A DNA stretch of 62,598 nucleotides, counting the filler. It is 7 parts of 7 records of this genome, joined end to end, with 100 filler letters (N's around TTAATTAATTAA, not from the genome) between each part and the next. Parts side by side here need not be neighbours in the genome. Positions count along the whole stretch, not along the records: positions 27,460 to 37,883 come from DRR723986_9657; 6 more parts are not named here. One strand, 5' to 3'. The notes beneath the pieces were generated by a model. The model saw nothing but the letters and a program-made list of their open reading frames with translations. It had not been told where the DNA came from and did not search any database. Shown piece by piece: positions 28,566 to 37,983 of this stretch. A program made the translations under genes and the position numbers. How positions within the stretch are numbered: position 1 is the first letter of the stretch; each line of letters starts with the position of its first letter.

Positions 28566-29354
28566 ATGCAGACACAGCCGCATTCAGAGTCACCCGCAAA
28601 GGTGCGCCCTCAGGCATTGGCCATTATTCCTGCGCGCTACAGTTCTTCGCGTTTTCCCGGCAAGCCGCTCGCGCTGATTAATGGCAGACCGATGATCGAA
28701 TATGTTTGGCGCGCCGCCAAGCAGGCCAACTCACTTTCGGAAGTCTACATTGCGACCGACGACGCGCGCATTCGAACCTATGCTGAAAGTTTTGGCGCTC
28801 AAGTCCTTGAACCCGCAGGCGAATATCCATCGGGGACAGACCGCATCCTCGCAGCACTTGCGCTGCGGCCCGCAAGCGATGGCCCGGCCGACATTATTGT
28901 TAACATCCAGGGTGACGAACCGCTTTTACAAGCCCAGCTTGTTGACAGACTGGTGCAGGCCCTGCACGATGTCCCGGCTGCGGATGTCAGCACACCGGTG
29001 CGGCGCATTGTTAACAGCGCCGAGATTAACAATCCGGCCGTTGTTAAAGTTGCACGTGCCGCTTCCGGACGGGCTCTTTACTTTTCGCGCAGCTCAATTC
29101 CCTATGACCGCGACGGCGCAACTCCCGTTAACTATTTCCAGCATATTGGACTGTATGCCTACCGGCGTGCAGCGCTGGAACGTTTTGGCCGTTTAAGCCC
29201 TTCCCCACTCGAAATCAGCGAACAGCTCGAGCAGCTGCGTTTACTGGAAGACGGCGCACATTACCACACGATAGAATCGCAGGACGAACTGGTTGCCGTC
29301 GATTTGCCAGGCGATGTTAAACGCGTGCAAGACATCCTCAACCGTCGCGCCTAA
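28566..29354 (+). CDS. kdsB: 3-deoxy-manno-octulosonate cytidylyltransferase
   Basis: IIPARYSSSRFPGKPL, SGTDRI, NIQGDEP, ALYFSRS, HIGLYAYR and EQLEQLR. Confidence 0.96.
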   Translation: MQTQPHSESPAKVRPQALAIIPARYSSSRFPGKPLALINGRPMIEYVWRAAKQANSLSEVYIATDDARIRTYAESFGAQVLEPAGEYPSGTDRILAALALRPASDGPADIIVNIQGDEPLLQAQLVDRLVQALHDVPAADVSTPVRRIVNSAEINNPAVVKVARAASGRALYFSRSSIPYDRDGATPVNYFQHIGLYAYRRAALERFGRLSPSPLEISEQLEQLRLLEDGAHYHTIESQDELVAVDLPGDVKRVQDILNRRA

Positions 29355-31045
29355 CGCAAATTATACCGTTCAATCGTCCAGCCGCCCTTGCGCCACTTAC
29401 AGAGCATCGAGACTTCGCGACCAGTCTGATATGCAAAGGGACGCGCCATTGCCAATTCGTCATCTCCAGAGTTAATATAGACTTCAGACTCGGTGAGTGC
29501 CCGCCCGGTTCCAGCGATAACTTGTAGTGTAAAACGCCCTGCTGCCAAGTCTGGTTTAGTCGCAGTTACGATCAGCATCGAAACCTCGTCGGCTGTCACC
29601 GCATAGTAATTCTGCTTAATCTCCTCTAAGGATTGCGTGTCGAACATTGCCTGCAAGGTTTTGCCGGGTGTAACACGCTTGGCGTTTTTCAGCCCCAGAA
29701 TGCTGCCACGCTCATCCAGCGTAAAACGCAAGAGCTGTTTGTTAAGCGGACAGAAATAGAGCATGTGCTCACCAAAGACCTCAAGCCAGGAGTCTGCATT
29801 GGTGAGTTCGCTATCGTATTCATATCCCACCAGCCGCCGGCGCGGGAGTACGGCTTCAGCACTTGTGAAATCCGCGGACAACTGCAGGAAAGTCATTAGC
29901 GAATCCATGACAGTTCCCGGCGCTGCCGGATCGATGTCGGTGTGATAGGAGTTGGCGATAAAACCATGTGCCGTGGCAGCAATATCCGAATCAATGTGGT
30001 AGTTTTTGTGTGGCCATTCGCTGAAATGTACAAGTCCGCGCGCTACATCCAGCTCAGCGATTCCCCAGGTTTTATTGACTGAAATATTCATATCCGGGTC
30101 CTGCGGATCGCCTTCCAACGTAACATCAAAGCCTTGAATCAGATGAATTAAACAGAAGAGATTCTGTGAGTCCGGCTTGTTAAACAAGTGGATAAATTTT
30201 GCACCGTGCAGACCAACAGATTCGACGTCATCAAACTCGCCGCGGTTGGTGGCATCCCGGTAGTAAAAGCTAATTGAATCGGGCATTTCAATGGTCTGCA
30301 CAAGCGCGCCGGTTTTAACATTAAAACCGGCAACCATAGTTTTTGGGAACATTGTCAACCACAGCGTCTCTCCACGCAAAACAGGCGGGTAGGCGAACAT
30401 AAAGATCAAAGAATCTGAGAGTGCTACCGAGGAAATATGCTCAAGTCCCCGCTCCGGTGTGTTGCGCCGCTTGTTTAACCGTTCATGTCCCGCATCACTC
30501 AACGGTTCGTTAGGAAGTGTGGCGGGCGCACCGGCACCGTAGTGTTTTTCACAATCCAGTTCGATCGTCGCAATCTTCTCCAGCCCGATCGGCGCAGCGC
30601 CCGCGCCAACCTCAAAGTAATTCAGGATGGATGGAAAGTGAAAACTGCTGTCGATCAACAGAATGTCATTTGGCTGCAGGTACGACAAGTAATACTTGGC
30701 GTCGTAGGCCGAACGCGTTGAGACTACAAAGACCAAGCGAGCTTGGTCTGGGGCTTGCGGCCTGGAGTTCGCACGTGAATCAGAATCAGGCTTTTTAGTC
30801 TGCCGTTTCGTATGGTGATCAAGCAGGTCAAAACTACAGCTGCCAATCACGTGCGTATTCAGGTACACCACACGTGTTTCCGCGGCTCCCAGCCCCTTAG
30901 CGCACAAGAATTCAACAAATTCCGCGGAATCGGCAATAGTGTGCGGTAGGTAGTCTTGGGCTGTAGAGTAATTGAACGCAGTCTGTCCTTGTACCACTTC
31001 GGTACAAGTTATAAGCAGCAGCGCTGCCAGAAGGAGGTTTTTCAT
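29351..31045 (-). CDS. Secreted hypothetical protein (about 564 aa)
   Basis: Long ORF with signal peptide MKNLLLAALLLITCTEVVQG. Beta-rich C-terminal two-thirds; no family recognised. Confidence 0.75.
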   Translation of the reverse strand: MKNLLLAALLLITCTEVVQGQTAFNYSTAQDYLPHTIADSAEFVEFLCAKGLGAAETRVVYLNTHVIGSCSFDLLDHHTKRQTKKPDSDSRANSRPQAPDQARLVFVVSTRSAYDAKYYLSYLQPNDILLIDSSFHFPSILNYFEVGAGAAPIGLEKIATIELDCEKHYGAGAPATLPNEPLSDAGHERLNKRRNTPERGLEHISSVALSDSLIFMFAYPPVLRGETLWLTMFPKTMVAGFNVKTGALVQTIEMPDSISFYYRDATNRGEFDDVESVGLHGAKFIHLFNKPDSQNLFCLIHLIQGFDVTLEGDPQDPDMNISVNKTWGIAELDVARGLVHFSEWPHKNYHIDSDIAATAHGFIANSYHTDIDPAAPGTVMDSLMTFLQLSADFTSAEAVLPRRRLVGYEYDSELTNADSWLEVFGEHMLYFCPLNKQLLRFTLDERGSILGLKNAKRVTPGKTLQAMFDTQSLEEIKQNYYAVTADEVSMLIVTATKPDLAAGRFTLQVIAGTGRALTESEVYINSGDDELAMARPFAYQTGREVSMLCKWRKGGWTIERYNLR

Positions 31046-31158
31046 GCGGCCAGTGATCTTGAGGATACGCAAGCCTACGTAATGGGCTTCAGGAATACCG
31101 GGTATAGAAATATACAGCTTTTAGTTCTGGCAGCCGCAGAAAAGGTCAGGTAAAAATA

Positions 31159-31192
31159 ACTGACCGGACGCGCGTTAGGGCGTCCGGTCAGT
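31159..31192 (-). terminator. Intrinsic terminator
   Basis: ACTGACCGGACGC...GCGTCCGGTCAGT stem, followed on the minus strand by TATTTTT. Confidence 0.8.
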
Positions 31193-31224
31193 CGTAGACA
31201 TAAATTGCTGGAGCGAACTCGCAG

Positions 31225-33990
31225 TTAACGTTCGATCACAAACTGCACTGAATGCGAAGTCTCCGCGCCCAGGATCTGCATGTGATATATCCCCGACGTC
31301 AGAGCCTCAAGCGCCAGGTCTATATTTTGATCACCAACCGAATACAGTCTGGCAGGCTGCCGCCAGACTTCGATCCCACGTGTATCAAATATGCGCAGAC
31401 TTAAATACTGAGGGGATTGCAGCTTAAAACTCAACTGTGCGGACTTAACAACTGGATTTGGCAGGATCGCCGGCTGCTGGATCTCACGTGCGGCTCTGGA
31501 CTCGACACTTGAGACTGTCGGTCTGGCCGAGCCTGAAATTACAAAAGCGCGACGCTCTGCATCTTCGCCCTCGTAATAAAAATCGACCTGATAGGCAAGC
31601 TGATACTGTCCGGCCAATTCCGGCGCAAAGGTCAGGGTGTAGTCTGTTTTAATTCCAGGCTGCAAACGCAGCGGCAATGATTCCAGCAGGCTACCCGTAT
31701 AATCGCTTATAAATGTCCCAGAACTCTCAGTTACAGCTGTAATCCAAACATCGCGATTGCCCTGATTCTCGAACTCGATGTTCTGCGAGACCTGTGTTCC
31801 CAGTTCAATCTCACCAAAGTCAAATTCCTGGGGTGAAATTACCAGCGCACCATCGATAACTTCGGCGCGCAGTTCAGCAATCGCTACGCGGTCCAGCTCA
31901 TCAGTCGAGACCAGAAGGTTGCCTGTCAGCGGTCCAGGTTCTGATCCGGCTGTCCAGCGAATGTCAAGTGTTAACTCAGCACCCGCCGCCAGAGAAAATG
32001 GCAGCGCCGGCTCATTGATCAGATTAAAACCGCCGGCGGTATTGTCAACCTCCAGCGCCGTCAGCTGAATAGCCTCAGTTGAGTAGTTAACAATTGCCAA
32101 CTGTTCAATTTTCTCTTTCAGTGGAGCAGAAACTCCAAACTCCAATGGATTTGGTGTCGCAAACAGGCCGGGAGTATCAGTGTTAAACTCAAAACTATAT
32201 GTGCTAGTGTTGCCCGCGCGGTCCGTTGAAATCATTCTTGCCACTGCCTCGGCACGTGGATCTATAGCTCGTAAAACAAAATTAACTCTTTTGGTCCGGT
32301 CCGCCAGGAATTCATCGACTTCGAGCGTCATATTCCTGGAGCAGACCGGGTCGAGCCACACGGATGCTATTCTTGCGAGTACTTCAGAATCAGAGACGTC
32401 AGTAACTGTGCCTGTGTATGTATGCTCTTCCCTGTTAATTTCAGCGTCTACCTCCGGAGGAAGTTGGTCCTCTGCAAGGCTCAGGTCTTTAGCCTGCATG
32501 CCCGCGCGCATCGCAAACATGCGGCCGTCAATGTGTCCGCTGATATATGCACAGAATGGATAACCCTGGCTGCGCAGCATAAATGCTTCAGTATCACCGC
32601 CTTGATTCGTCAGGATCAGCAGCCGTTCGGCCCAGGTCAGACCATCGCGACTATGCGAAAAGATGCGCCCAGGGTCTGAGCCGCTTACATCGCGCAGTTT
32701 AACCCATTCAAACTCACCGTTGACAACTCTGGCAATCTCTATATCTTCTGAAATCTGATTATTTGCGTCCACAACGTGGATCAGACTAAGATAAGTTGTG
32801 TTTAATGTTTCAGGATCACTACCGAGCGCAGGCGGATTAAACAACATGTAGTTAACATATTGATCCGTGGGCACAAGTTCCAGCGCAAAAGGCTGCATCG
32901 TTGCCTCGCCGTCCTGTACGCTACCGGCACCAAACAAACTCACACTGATTGGATCTTCCGACCATACCGTAAAATTGTCCTGTGCCCCATCAAACGGTCT
33001 GCGCGAGACGAAACCAAGACCTTCCGAGCCGCCTTTGCCGCTCTCGATAATGCCGAACTGTCTGTCGTCACTGAAAATTACGGTATTCGGGTTCTTGGAA
33101 AACACGCGCACAATATTGTTGGTCGGCCGTGGCAGCAGCGCCGGAACATGGTAGGTGGAAGAATATGAAGTCACCGGCAAATGGCCTTTAACAATATAGT
33201 TGCACTCCCCCAGATTAACCGGAACGTTGGCACAACGGTTTCCGGCATACACAGCCGCAGATTTGGTAGTGCGCACGTACGTTCCCGAGACATCACCTTC
33301 CGGAGATGTTGTAGCCACGGCAATCACATCACCCTGCTGCAGAGTGAACGAGCGTGTTTGCCCCTCTCTGAGTCCAGTATTGGTTCGTGTCAGGCTATTG
33401 CCACCAAGCGTCACAAAGACTTTGGTATCGTTTTCGGCCGCACAGACTGTGAGTGTTGAAGGCTGGAACAGGCCTGGGTAAAAGTTGCCCGGATCGGTGT
33501 AAGCGCCAACGATGTATTCGTTGTTAAGCGCGCGGGTGGGAGTTAACAGGGTACTTTCGCCGCCATTGCCAAAACGCAGTGAAACCGAAGCCACAATTGG
33601 CGCATCCGCCTGAATGTTAACTCCGGCGCCGACCCAGACATCCTGTGCAGGCGGCGGCAATGTAGCAGAGTAATTAAATGGCTGTGCATCGGCCGGGCTA
33701 AGACTGATCTGCGATCTCTGGTAGGGCGTCGTTTCCAGCGTTTTTTCCAGGCCCCGGCCCGCAACGGTCAACCGGACAGTTGTTGCAAAGGGCGATAATA
33801 CTTCTACGTAAATTGCATCCTCAGCACCACCTTCGGGGCCCGGCGGCAAACTAAACCAAAAGTCGGTTCCGGCATTTGTAAGGCCATGTAATATAGAGTT
33901 ATGGCTTGTTTCTTCGGCCAAGAGCGGCGTGGCTGCGGCGCAGAAACAGGTACATGCAATCATCAAAACAAGTAATCGCACTTTGAGCAT
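31225..33990 (-). CDS. IgGFc-binding N-terminal domain + Ig-like (choice-of-anchor D/ASH-like) repeats + T9SS C-terminal domain protein
   Basis: Signal peptide; GTDFWFS, GDVSGTYV and VYAGNRCANVP (IgGFc-binding-like); LEFG and FDFGEIELG Ig-like units; C-terminal LPNP...IFDTRG...LTSGIYHM (T9SS CTD). Confidence 0.82.
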   Translation of the reverse strand: MLKVRLLVLMIACTCFCAAATPLLAEETSHNSILHGLTNAGTDFWFSLPPGPEGGAEDAIYVEVLSPFATTVRLTVAGRGLEKTLETTPYQRSQISLSPADAQPFNYSATLPPPAQDVWVGAGVNIQADAPIVASVSLRFGNGGESTLLTPTRALNNEYIVGAYTDPGNFYPGLFQPSTLTVCAAENDTKVFVTLGGNSLTRTNTGLREGQTRSFTLQQGDVIAVATTSPEGDVSGTYVRTTKSAAVYAGNRCANVPVNLGECNYIVKGHLPVTSYSSTYHVPALLPRPTNNIVRVFSKNPNTVIFSDDRQFGIIESGKGGSEGLGFVSRRPFDGAQDNFTVWSEDPISVSLFGAGSVQDGEATMQPFALELVPTDQYVNYMLFNPPALGSDPETLNTTYLSLIHVVDANNQISEDIEIARVVNGEFEWVKLRDVSGSDPGRIFSHSRDGLTWAERLLILTNQGGDTEAFMLRSQGYPFCAYISGHIDGRMFAMRAGMQAKDLSLAEDQLPPEVDAEINREEHTYTGTVTDVSDSEVLARIASVWLDPVCSRNMTLEVDEFLADRTKRVNFVLRAIDPRAEAVARMISTDRAGNTSTYSFEFNTDTPGLFATPNPLEFGVSAPLKEKIEQLAIVNYSTEAIQLTALEVDNTAGGFNLINEPALPFSLAAGAELTLDIRWTAGSEPGPLTGNLLVSTDELDRVAIAELRAEVIDGALVISPQEFDFGEIELGTQVSQNIEFENQGNRDVWITAVTESSGTFISDYTGSLLESLPLRLQPGIKTDYTLTFAPELAGQYQLAYQVDFYYEGEDAERRAFVISGSARPTVSSVESRAAREIQQPAILPNPVVKSAQLSFKLQSPQYLSLRIFDTRGIEVWRQPARLYSVGDQNIDLALEALTSGIYHMQILGAETSHSVQFVIER

Positions 33991-34245
33991 AATTATCTCC
34001 GTAGCAAGGTCAAACGTGGCAAAACACGAAACAGGCACGATAGGGTTGAGTGTTGGATGCACACCGGGGGCACACGGCACAACATCACTTGCTCAGTATT
34101 GGGCTAAAAAGGAGCATTGCCGGGGGAAGACGCTCCGCGGGTATAAATCGAGGACAGAACGAGCGTTTGGTCCTGGCATGCAAGACACTTTTTCTGCGGG
34201 ACTGTCACAATACGGCAGCGCGCGCGGGGTTACGGGACGCTCTCC

Positions 34246-34330
34246 TGAGGCTTCGCCCCCATAAAATCGGTGGCTTGCTTTTTGACTCTTTTGTTTGTCG
34301 TTGAGTCTTGAGGCTCAAATTCTTGAGACT
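34246..34330 (-). repeat. Dispersed intergenic repeat, copy A
   Basis: TGAGGCTTCGCCCC...GGCTTGCTTTTTGACTCTTTTGTTTGTCGTTGAGTCTTGAGGCTCAAATTCTTGAGACT is nearly collinear with 37492-37576. Confidence 0.85.
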
Positions 34331-34541
34331 TGGATGCTTTTTTGTCTTAAAACCTCCAAACCCCAATCCCAAAGACTAACAAAAAAATCATAGAGCCTGA
34401 GATGCAAATGCAATGCGCAGCTCAAAGCGATCAGCCGACCAGTCCAAAAACCTGCAGAGGCGTGCCAAGTATATCAGCACGCCTTCACCCAGATTACACT
34501 CCCGCCTGAAACAGTTCAGGCAAACTCTTAAACAAATGCAC

Positions 34542-37283
34542 TCAACGGTGCACAACTATCGGGATAACAGACGCCGCGTCACCAGCCACATCACCAGCCA
34601 CCAGCCGACAGAAATACCTGCCAACCGCCAATGTCGAGACGTCAAGCTTAACACGCTGATCACCAGCCGCAAACCACTGCGATGGCAGGCTAAGAGCCAC
34701 GTTGCCACGCACGTCAAAGAGTTCAAGAGCAACAAGAGCCGGACTTAACATTTGAAACTTAACAGTCAGCGCGCCGGAAGCCGGGTTTGGATGCGCTACA
34801 ATAGTAGTGTTTAAGTTTAACGCAATGCTTTCATCTACGCTCGTTAAAATATCCAATCCCTCGCCGAGTACAATTCCATTCACAGTGAGTTCCTGACGGT
34901 CTTCAAAGCGGTAGACTATACCATACCTGGCAATGGCTTCTCCGATTTCAGTGGGCTCAAACTCAAACCGAACGCTCTTGTGGGCTCCGGCAGGAATAAT
35001 CATGGGCTCACCACCAAGATCTTCAACAAAGTCAACAAATCTGAAGGCGGGGTTGTCCATGTCGATCAATTCAACAATTTCTGCTGAAACGGGGTGATTA
35101 TTGCTGATTATGATTGTCGACTCGCCTTTGCTTCCTTCAAAGACGCCGTCAAACTTTTCGTAGCGCAAGCGTAGAGTCTCTTCCCAGATATCTCCAATCA
35201 CATCGGCCACTTCAACTTCGGGCTCGCCCTTAACCTGCACCAGTAGTTTTGCAAGATGATCCCCACCAATAAAGCCGGAAAGTTCAACCCCAACCTTAAT
35301 GCTGTTGGCCTCATTTGTTGGTCCCTGGGGTGTTAGAACAACTGGCCAGTCGGGTACACCGAACAAGGCCAAACTCTCACTTTCGCTTTCCAAACGAATT
35401 GAGCTAATCTCAAGCTCACGCGTAAAACTTGTATTAAAGATTTCAACAGAAACGCTATCGGCACCACCGCGCCCCCTGAGGCGCAACGTTATTTCATCCG
35501 GGTCGGAACGCAGCGCAGGGCCTTCAGGTTCATAGTTAAGTGTAAACCGCCCACGATTGCCGCGTAAATCTTGCATTTCGATTACGGCACGAGCGCCAAG
35601 GTTGGCGTTGATTGGGCTAGCATTCCAGTCCAGAATGGCGGTGCTGCCCGGTCCAAAGTTGGGAATGTTAAACGACATATTGTCACTCAGATTCGGCAAT
35701 ACTTTAACAGAAATCAGGCCGGATGGTGTTAATCCGTCTTGCGCCACTTCTCTGACCCAACCTTTAAAGCGCGTACCGTCATCTAGCGTTATCGCGTGCT
35801 CCGGAGCCAGGTCATCGCCATTTGTTGGTCCGCGCTTGACTCCGCTGGTACGCATACCAAAGGTCGCGTTCTGAACCGTTCCATAGGTATAGGCCACAAA
35901 GGGTTTGGAACTGCTGCGAATAGCATATGATGTCCCAGACTTTGGTAAAACTATTCGCTTTTGCGCCCATATATTTCCGTCACCAACAGATGCAAAGCGT
36001 TCGCCCGGAGCGGCGCCGTAGCGTATGCGCAAGGGCACCCAATCCATTTCACCGTCAGTTTCGATTCCAAAGTCAATGTTTTCGTCGACTTCGCCATTTG
36101 CATCCACGGCATGGATAATCGTCACGAAGTTTAACAAGGCTTCAGGAGGCAGATAAAAACGCGCGTAATTAACATATTGTGCCACGGGCACAAGTTGAAT
36201 TGCAAAAGGATTAAAGGGTGTACTGTCGTCCATATTCGCGCGGTTAAAGAACTTAACGGCGAAGGGTTTTTCTGCAGTCAGGCTAACACCACGCGCGGCA
36301 GCTTCACCCGCCGGACCGGCATAATAACCACTGTTAACAAGACCACCCCTGCCGGACTCAATTGTTGTAAACTCAGCACCGTCACGCAGAATTGTGGTAT
36401 TGTCTTCAGCAGTAACAATTTTGATCATTGGAGAGTTTTCGCGCTCCAGTAAGGTCGGCACATGGTAACTCGAATTCCAGGAACTAAGCGGTATTTCGGC
36501 TGAAAGAATATGTTCACAAGCTCCGGTATTTGTGGGCACGGTGGCACAATAATTTCCGGAGTAGACAGCGACCGGCTGGTCGGCACGGATATAACTGCCG
36601 CTCAGGTCGCTGCCGTCACTATTTGTCTGAAAGGAAAGCACATCTCCACGGTGCAGGGTATACTCACGCGTCTCGCCAGAGACCATTCCATTGTTAACTG
36701 TGCTTGTGCTGTTTCCCCCCACCGTAAACCAGACTTTTGTGTAATCACTCCTGGCGGAAATCACTGTCTGGCTCGGTTTTGCTGACCTGGTGGGAGTCCT
36801 GGAGTCGGCCATGTCAGCAACAACGTATTCGTACCCAAGTGAAGCTGTCGGCATTAAAAGAACTGACTCACTCTCACCAAAATCATCTACCAGCAGCGAA
36901 ACAGAGACGGGGGCATCGGCTGTCAGAATCAAAGCCCGGTTTTCATAGTAATCCTGCTTATTATTCCCGTTGTGTATGCGATGCAGCTGCAAAAAGCTGC
37001 GGCTGATGGGTACCCTTAGGACATCATTCGCACGGGTTCGGACTATCTGATTATTGGCATGGACATAATTATTCAAATGCACGTTGGTTTCATAAGGCGC
37101 ACTTATATACAAGTATACATAGTCGAGTTGCCCTTTAAAGTTCGTCTCATTTCCACTGGCGGGCAGGGAAATCACAAATTCGGTTCCATAGCTGGCCAGG
37201 TCGTTGACTGGTGTTTCGTCCTGGGCGGCAAGTGTGCCGACGGCAAACAGCATCAGGAGTAGGCGTAGTTGTATGTTTTGCAT
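34542..37283 (-). CDS. Second IgGFc-binding/Ig-like/T9SS-CTD protein (paralogue)
   Basis: Signal peptide; GTEFVIS, SDLSGSYI and VYSGNYCATVP; C-terminal AHPNPAS...LFDVRG...LAVGRYFCRL. Confidence 0.82.
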   Translation of the reverse strand: MQNIQLRLLLMLFAVGTLAAQDETPVNDLASYGTEFVISLPASGNETNFKGQLDYVYLYISAPYETNVHLNNYVHANNQIVRTRANDVLRVPISRSFLQLHRIHNGNNKQDYYENRALILTADAPVSVSLLVDDFGESESVLLMPTASLGYEYVVADMADSRTPTRSAKPSQTVISARSDYTKVWFTVGGNSTSTVNNGMVSGETREYTLHRGDVLSFQTNSDGSDLSGSYIRADQPVAVYSGNYCATVPTNTGACEHILSAEIPLSSWNSSYHVPTLLERENSPMIKIVTAEDNTTILRDGAEFTTIESGRGGLVNSGYYAGPAGEAAARGVSLTAEKPFAVKFFNRANMDDSTPFNPFAIQLVPVAQYVNYARFYLPPEALLNFVTIIHAVDANGEVDENIDFGIETDGEMDWVPLRIRYGAAPGERFASVGDGNIWAQKRIVLPKSGTSYAIRSSSKPFVAYTYGTVQNATFGMRTSGVKRGPTNGDDLAPEHAITLDDGTRFKGWVREVAQDGLTPSGLISVKVLPNLSDNMSFNIPNFGPGSTAILDWNASPINANLGARAVIEMQDLRGNRGRFTLNYEPEGPALRSDPDEITLRLRGRGGADSVSVEIFNTSFTRELEISSIRLESESESLALFGVPDWPVVLTPQGPTNEANSIKVGVELSGFIGGDHLAKLLVQVKGEPEVEVADVIGDIWEETLRLRYEKFDGVFEGSKGESTIIISNNHPVSAEIVELIDMDNPAFRFVDFVEDLGGEPMIIPAGAHKSVRFEFEPTEIGEAIARYGIVYRFEDRQELTVNGIVLGEGLDILTSVDESIALNLNTTIVAHPNPASGALTVKFQMLSPALVALELFDVRGNVALSLPSQWFAAGDQRVKLDVSTLAVGRYFCRLVAGDVAGDAASVIPIVVHR

Positions 37284-37491
37284 TATTCAGATTCCATTTC
37301 TGCTTTGGGGGGCGCAGTACGTGCCGCAGCATTCAGGGCGCTTTTTTTTCTGCATTGCCAATTGGCGCATTCACCCCACTGCTACACTGACACAAAAATA
37401 CATACATCTCACTTGTGGTGCAATTTCTTTGATTGGAGGATGCCTTCCGGCCTTGGTATGGGGTATTTGGGAATGAGCATTCGCGCGCGCT

Positions 37492-37576
37492 TGAGGCTTC
37501 GCCCCGCTCAGAATTGGGGCTTGCTTTTTGACCTTTTTGTTTGTCGCTGAGTCTTCAGTCTCAAGTTCTTGGGACT
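37492..37576 (-). repeat. Dispersed intergenic repeat, copy B
   Basis: TGAGGCTTCGCCCC...GGCTTGCTTTTTGACCTTTTTGTTTGTCGCTGAGTCTTCAGTCTCAAGTTCTTGGGACT. Confidence 0.85.
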
Positions 37577-37735
37577 GAAAGTCTTTTGGATTCAGAAGCT
37601 CTTGACCTTTCAATCAACAAACCGCTGCCGGCAGAATTGTAACGCGGAGTCTCGAGACTCACAAGCTGTTAGCTTCAATCGCTAAAGGTGTTGGCAGAGA
37701 GGCTTGGGAGTCCAGCCGTTCAGTTGAAAGGCCAG

Positions 37736-37781
37736 AGTCTGGATTAAGGCCAAAGTCTGGATTAAGGCCAAAGTCTGGATT
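37736..37781 (+). repeat. 18-bp tandem repeat, about 2.5 copies
   Basis: AGTCTGGATTAAGGCCAA x2 followed by AGTCTGGATT. Confidence 0.9.
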
Positions 37782-37983
37782 GCGGAATCAGAATTTCAAC
37801 TGGAAGGATCTGGTCTGGAAGATTTGTGATTCTTGGAGTGGATGTTAGCTAAGAATCTCTGGGTTTGAGGCTTCAAGACAACCNNNNNNNNNNNNNNNNN
37901 NNNNNNNNNNNNNNNNNNNNNNNNNNNTTAATTAATTAANNNNNNNNNNNNNNNNNNNNNNNNNNNNNNNNNNNNNNNNNNNN

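Noticed and set aside
20801-29354. kdsD and kdsB near each other as a Kdo cluster
   Set aside because: They are on different contigs from different organisms, separated by an artificial linker.
37736-37781. Possible CRISPR array
   Set aside because: Units are directly adjacent 18-mers with no unique spacers, and no cas genes are present. No CRISPR array was seen anywhere in the window.
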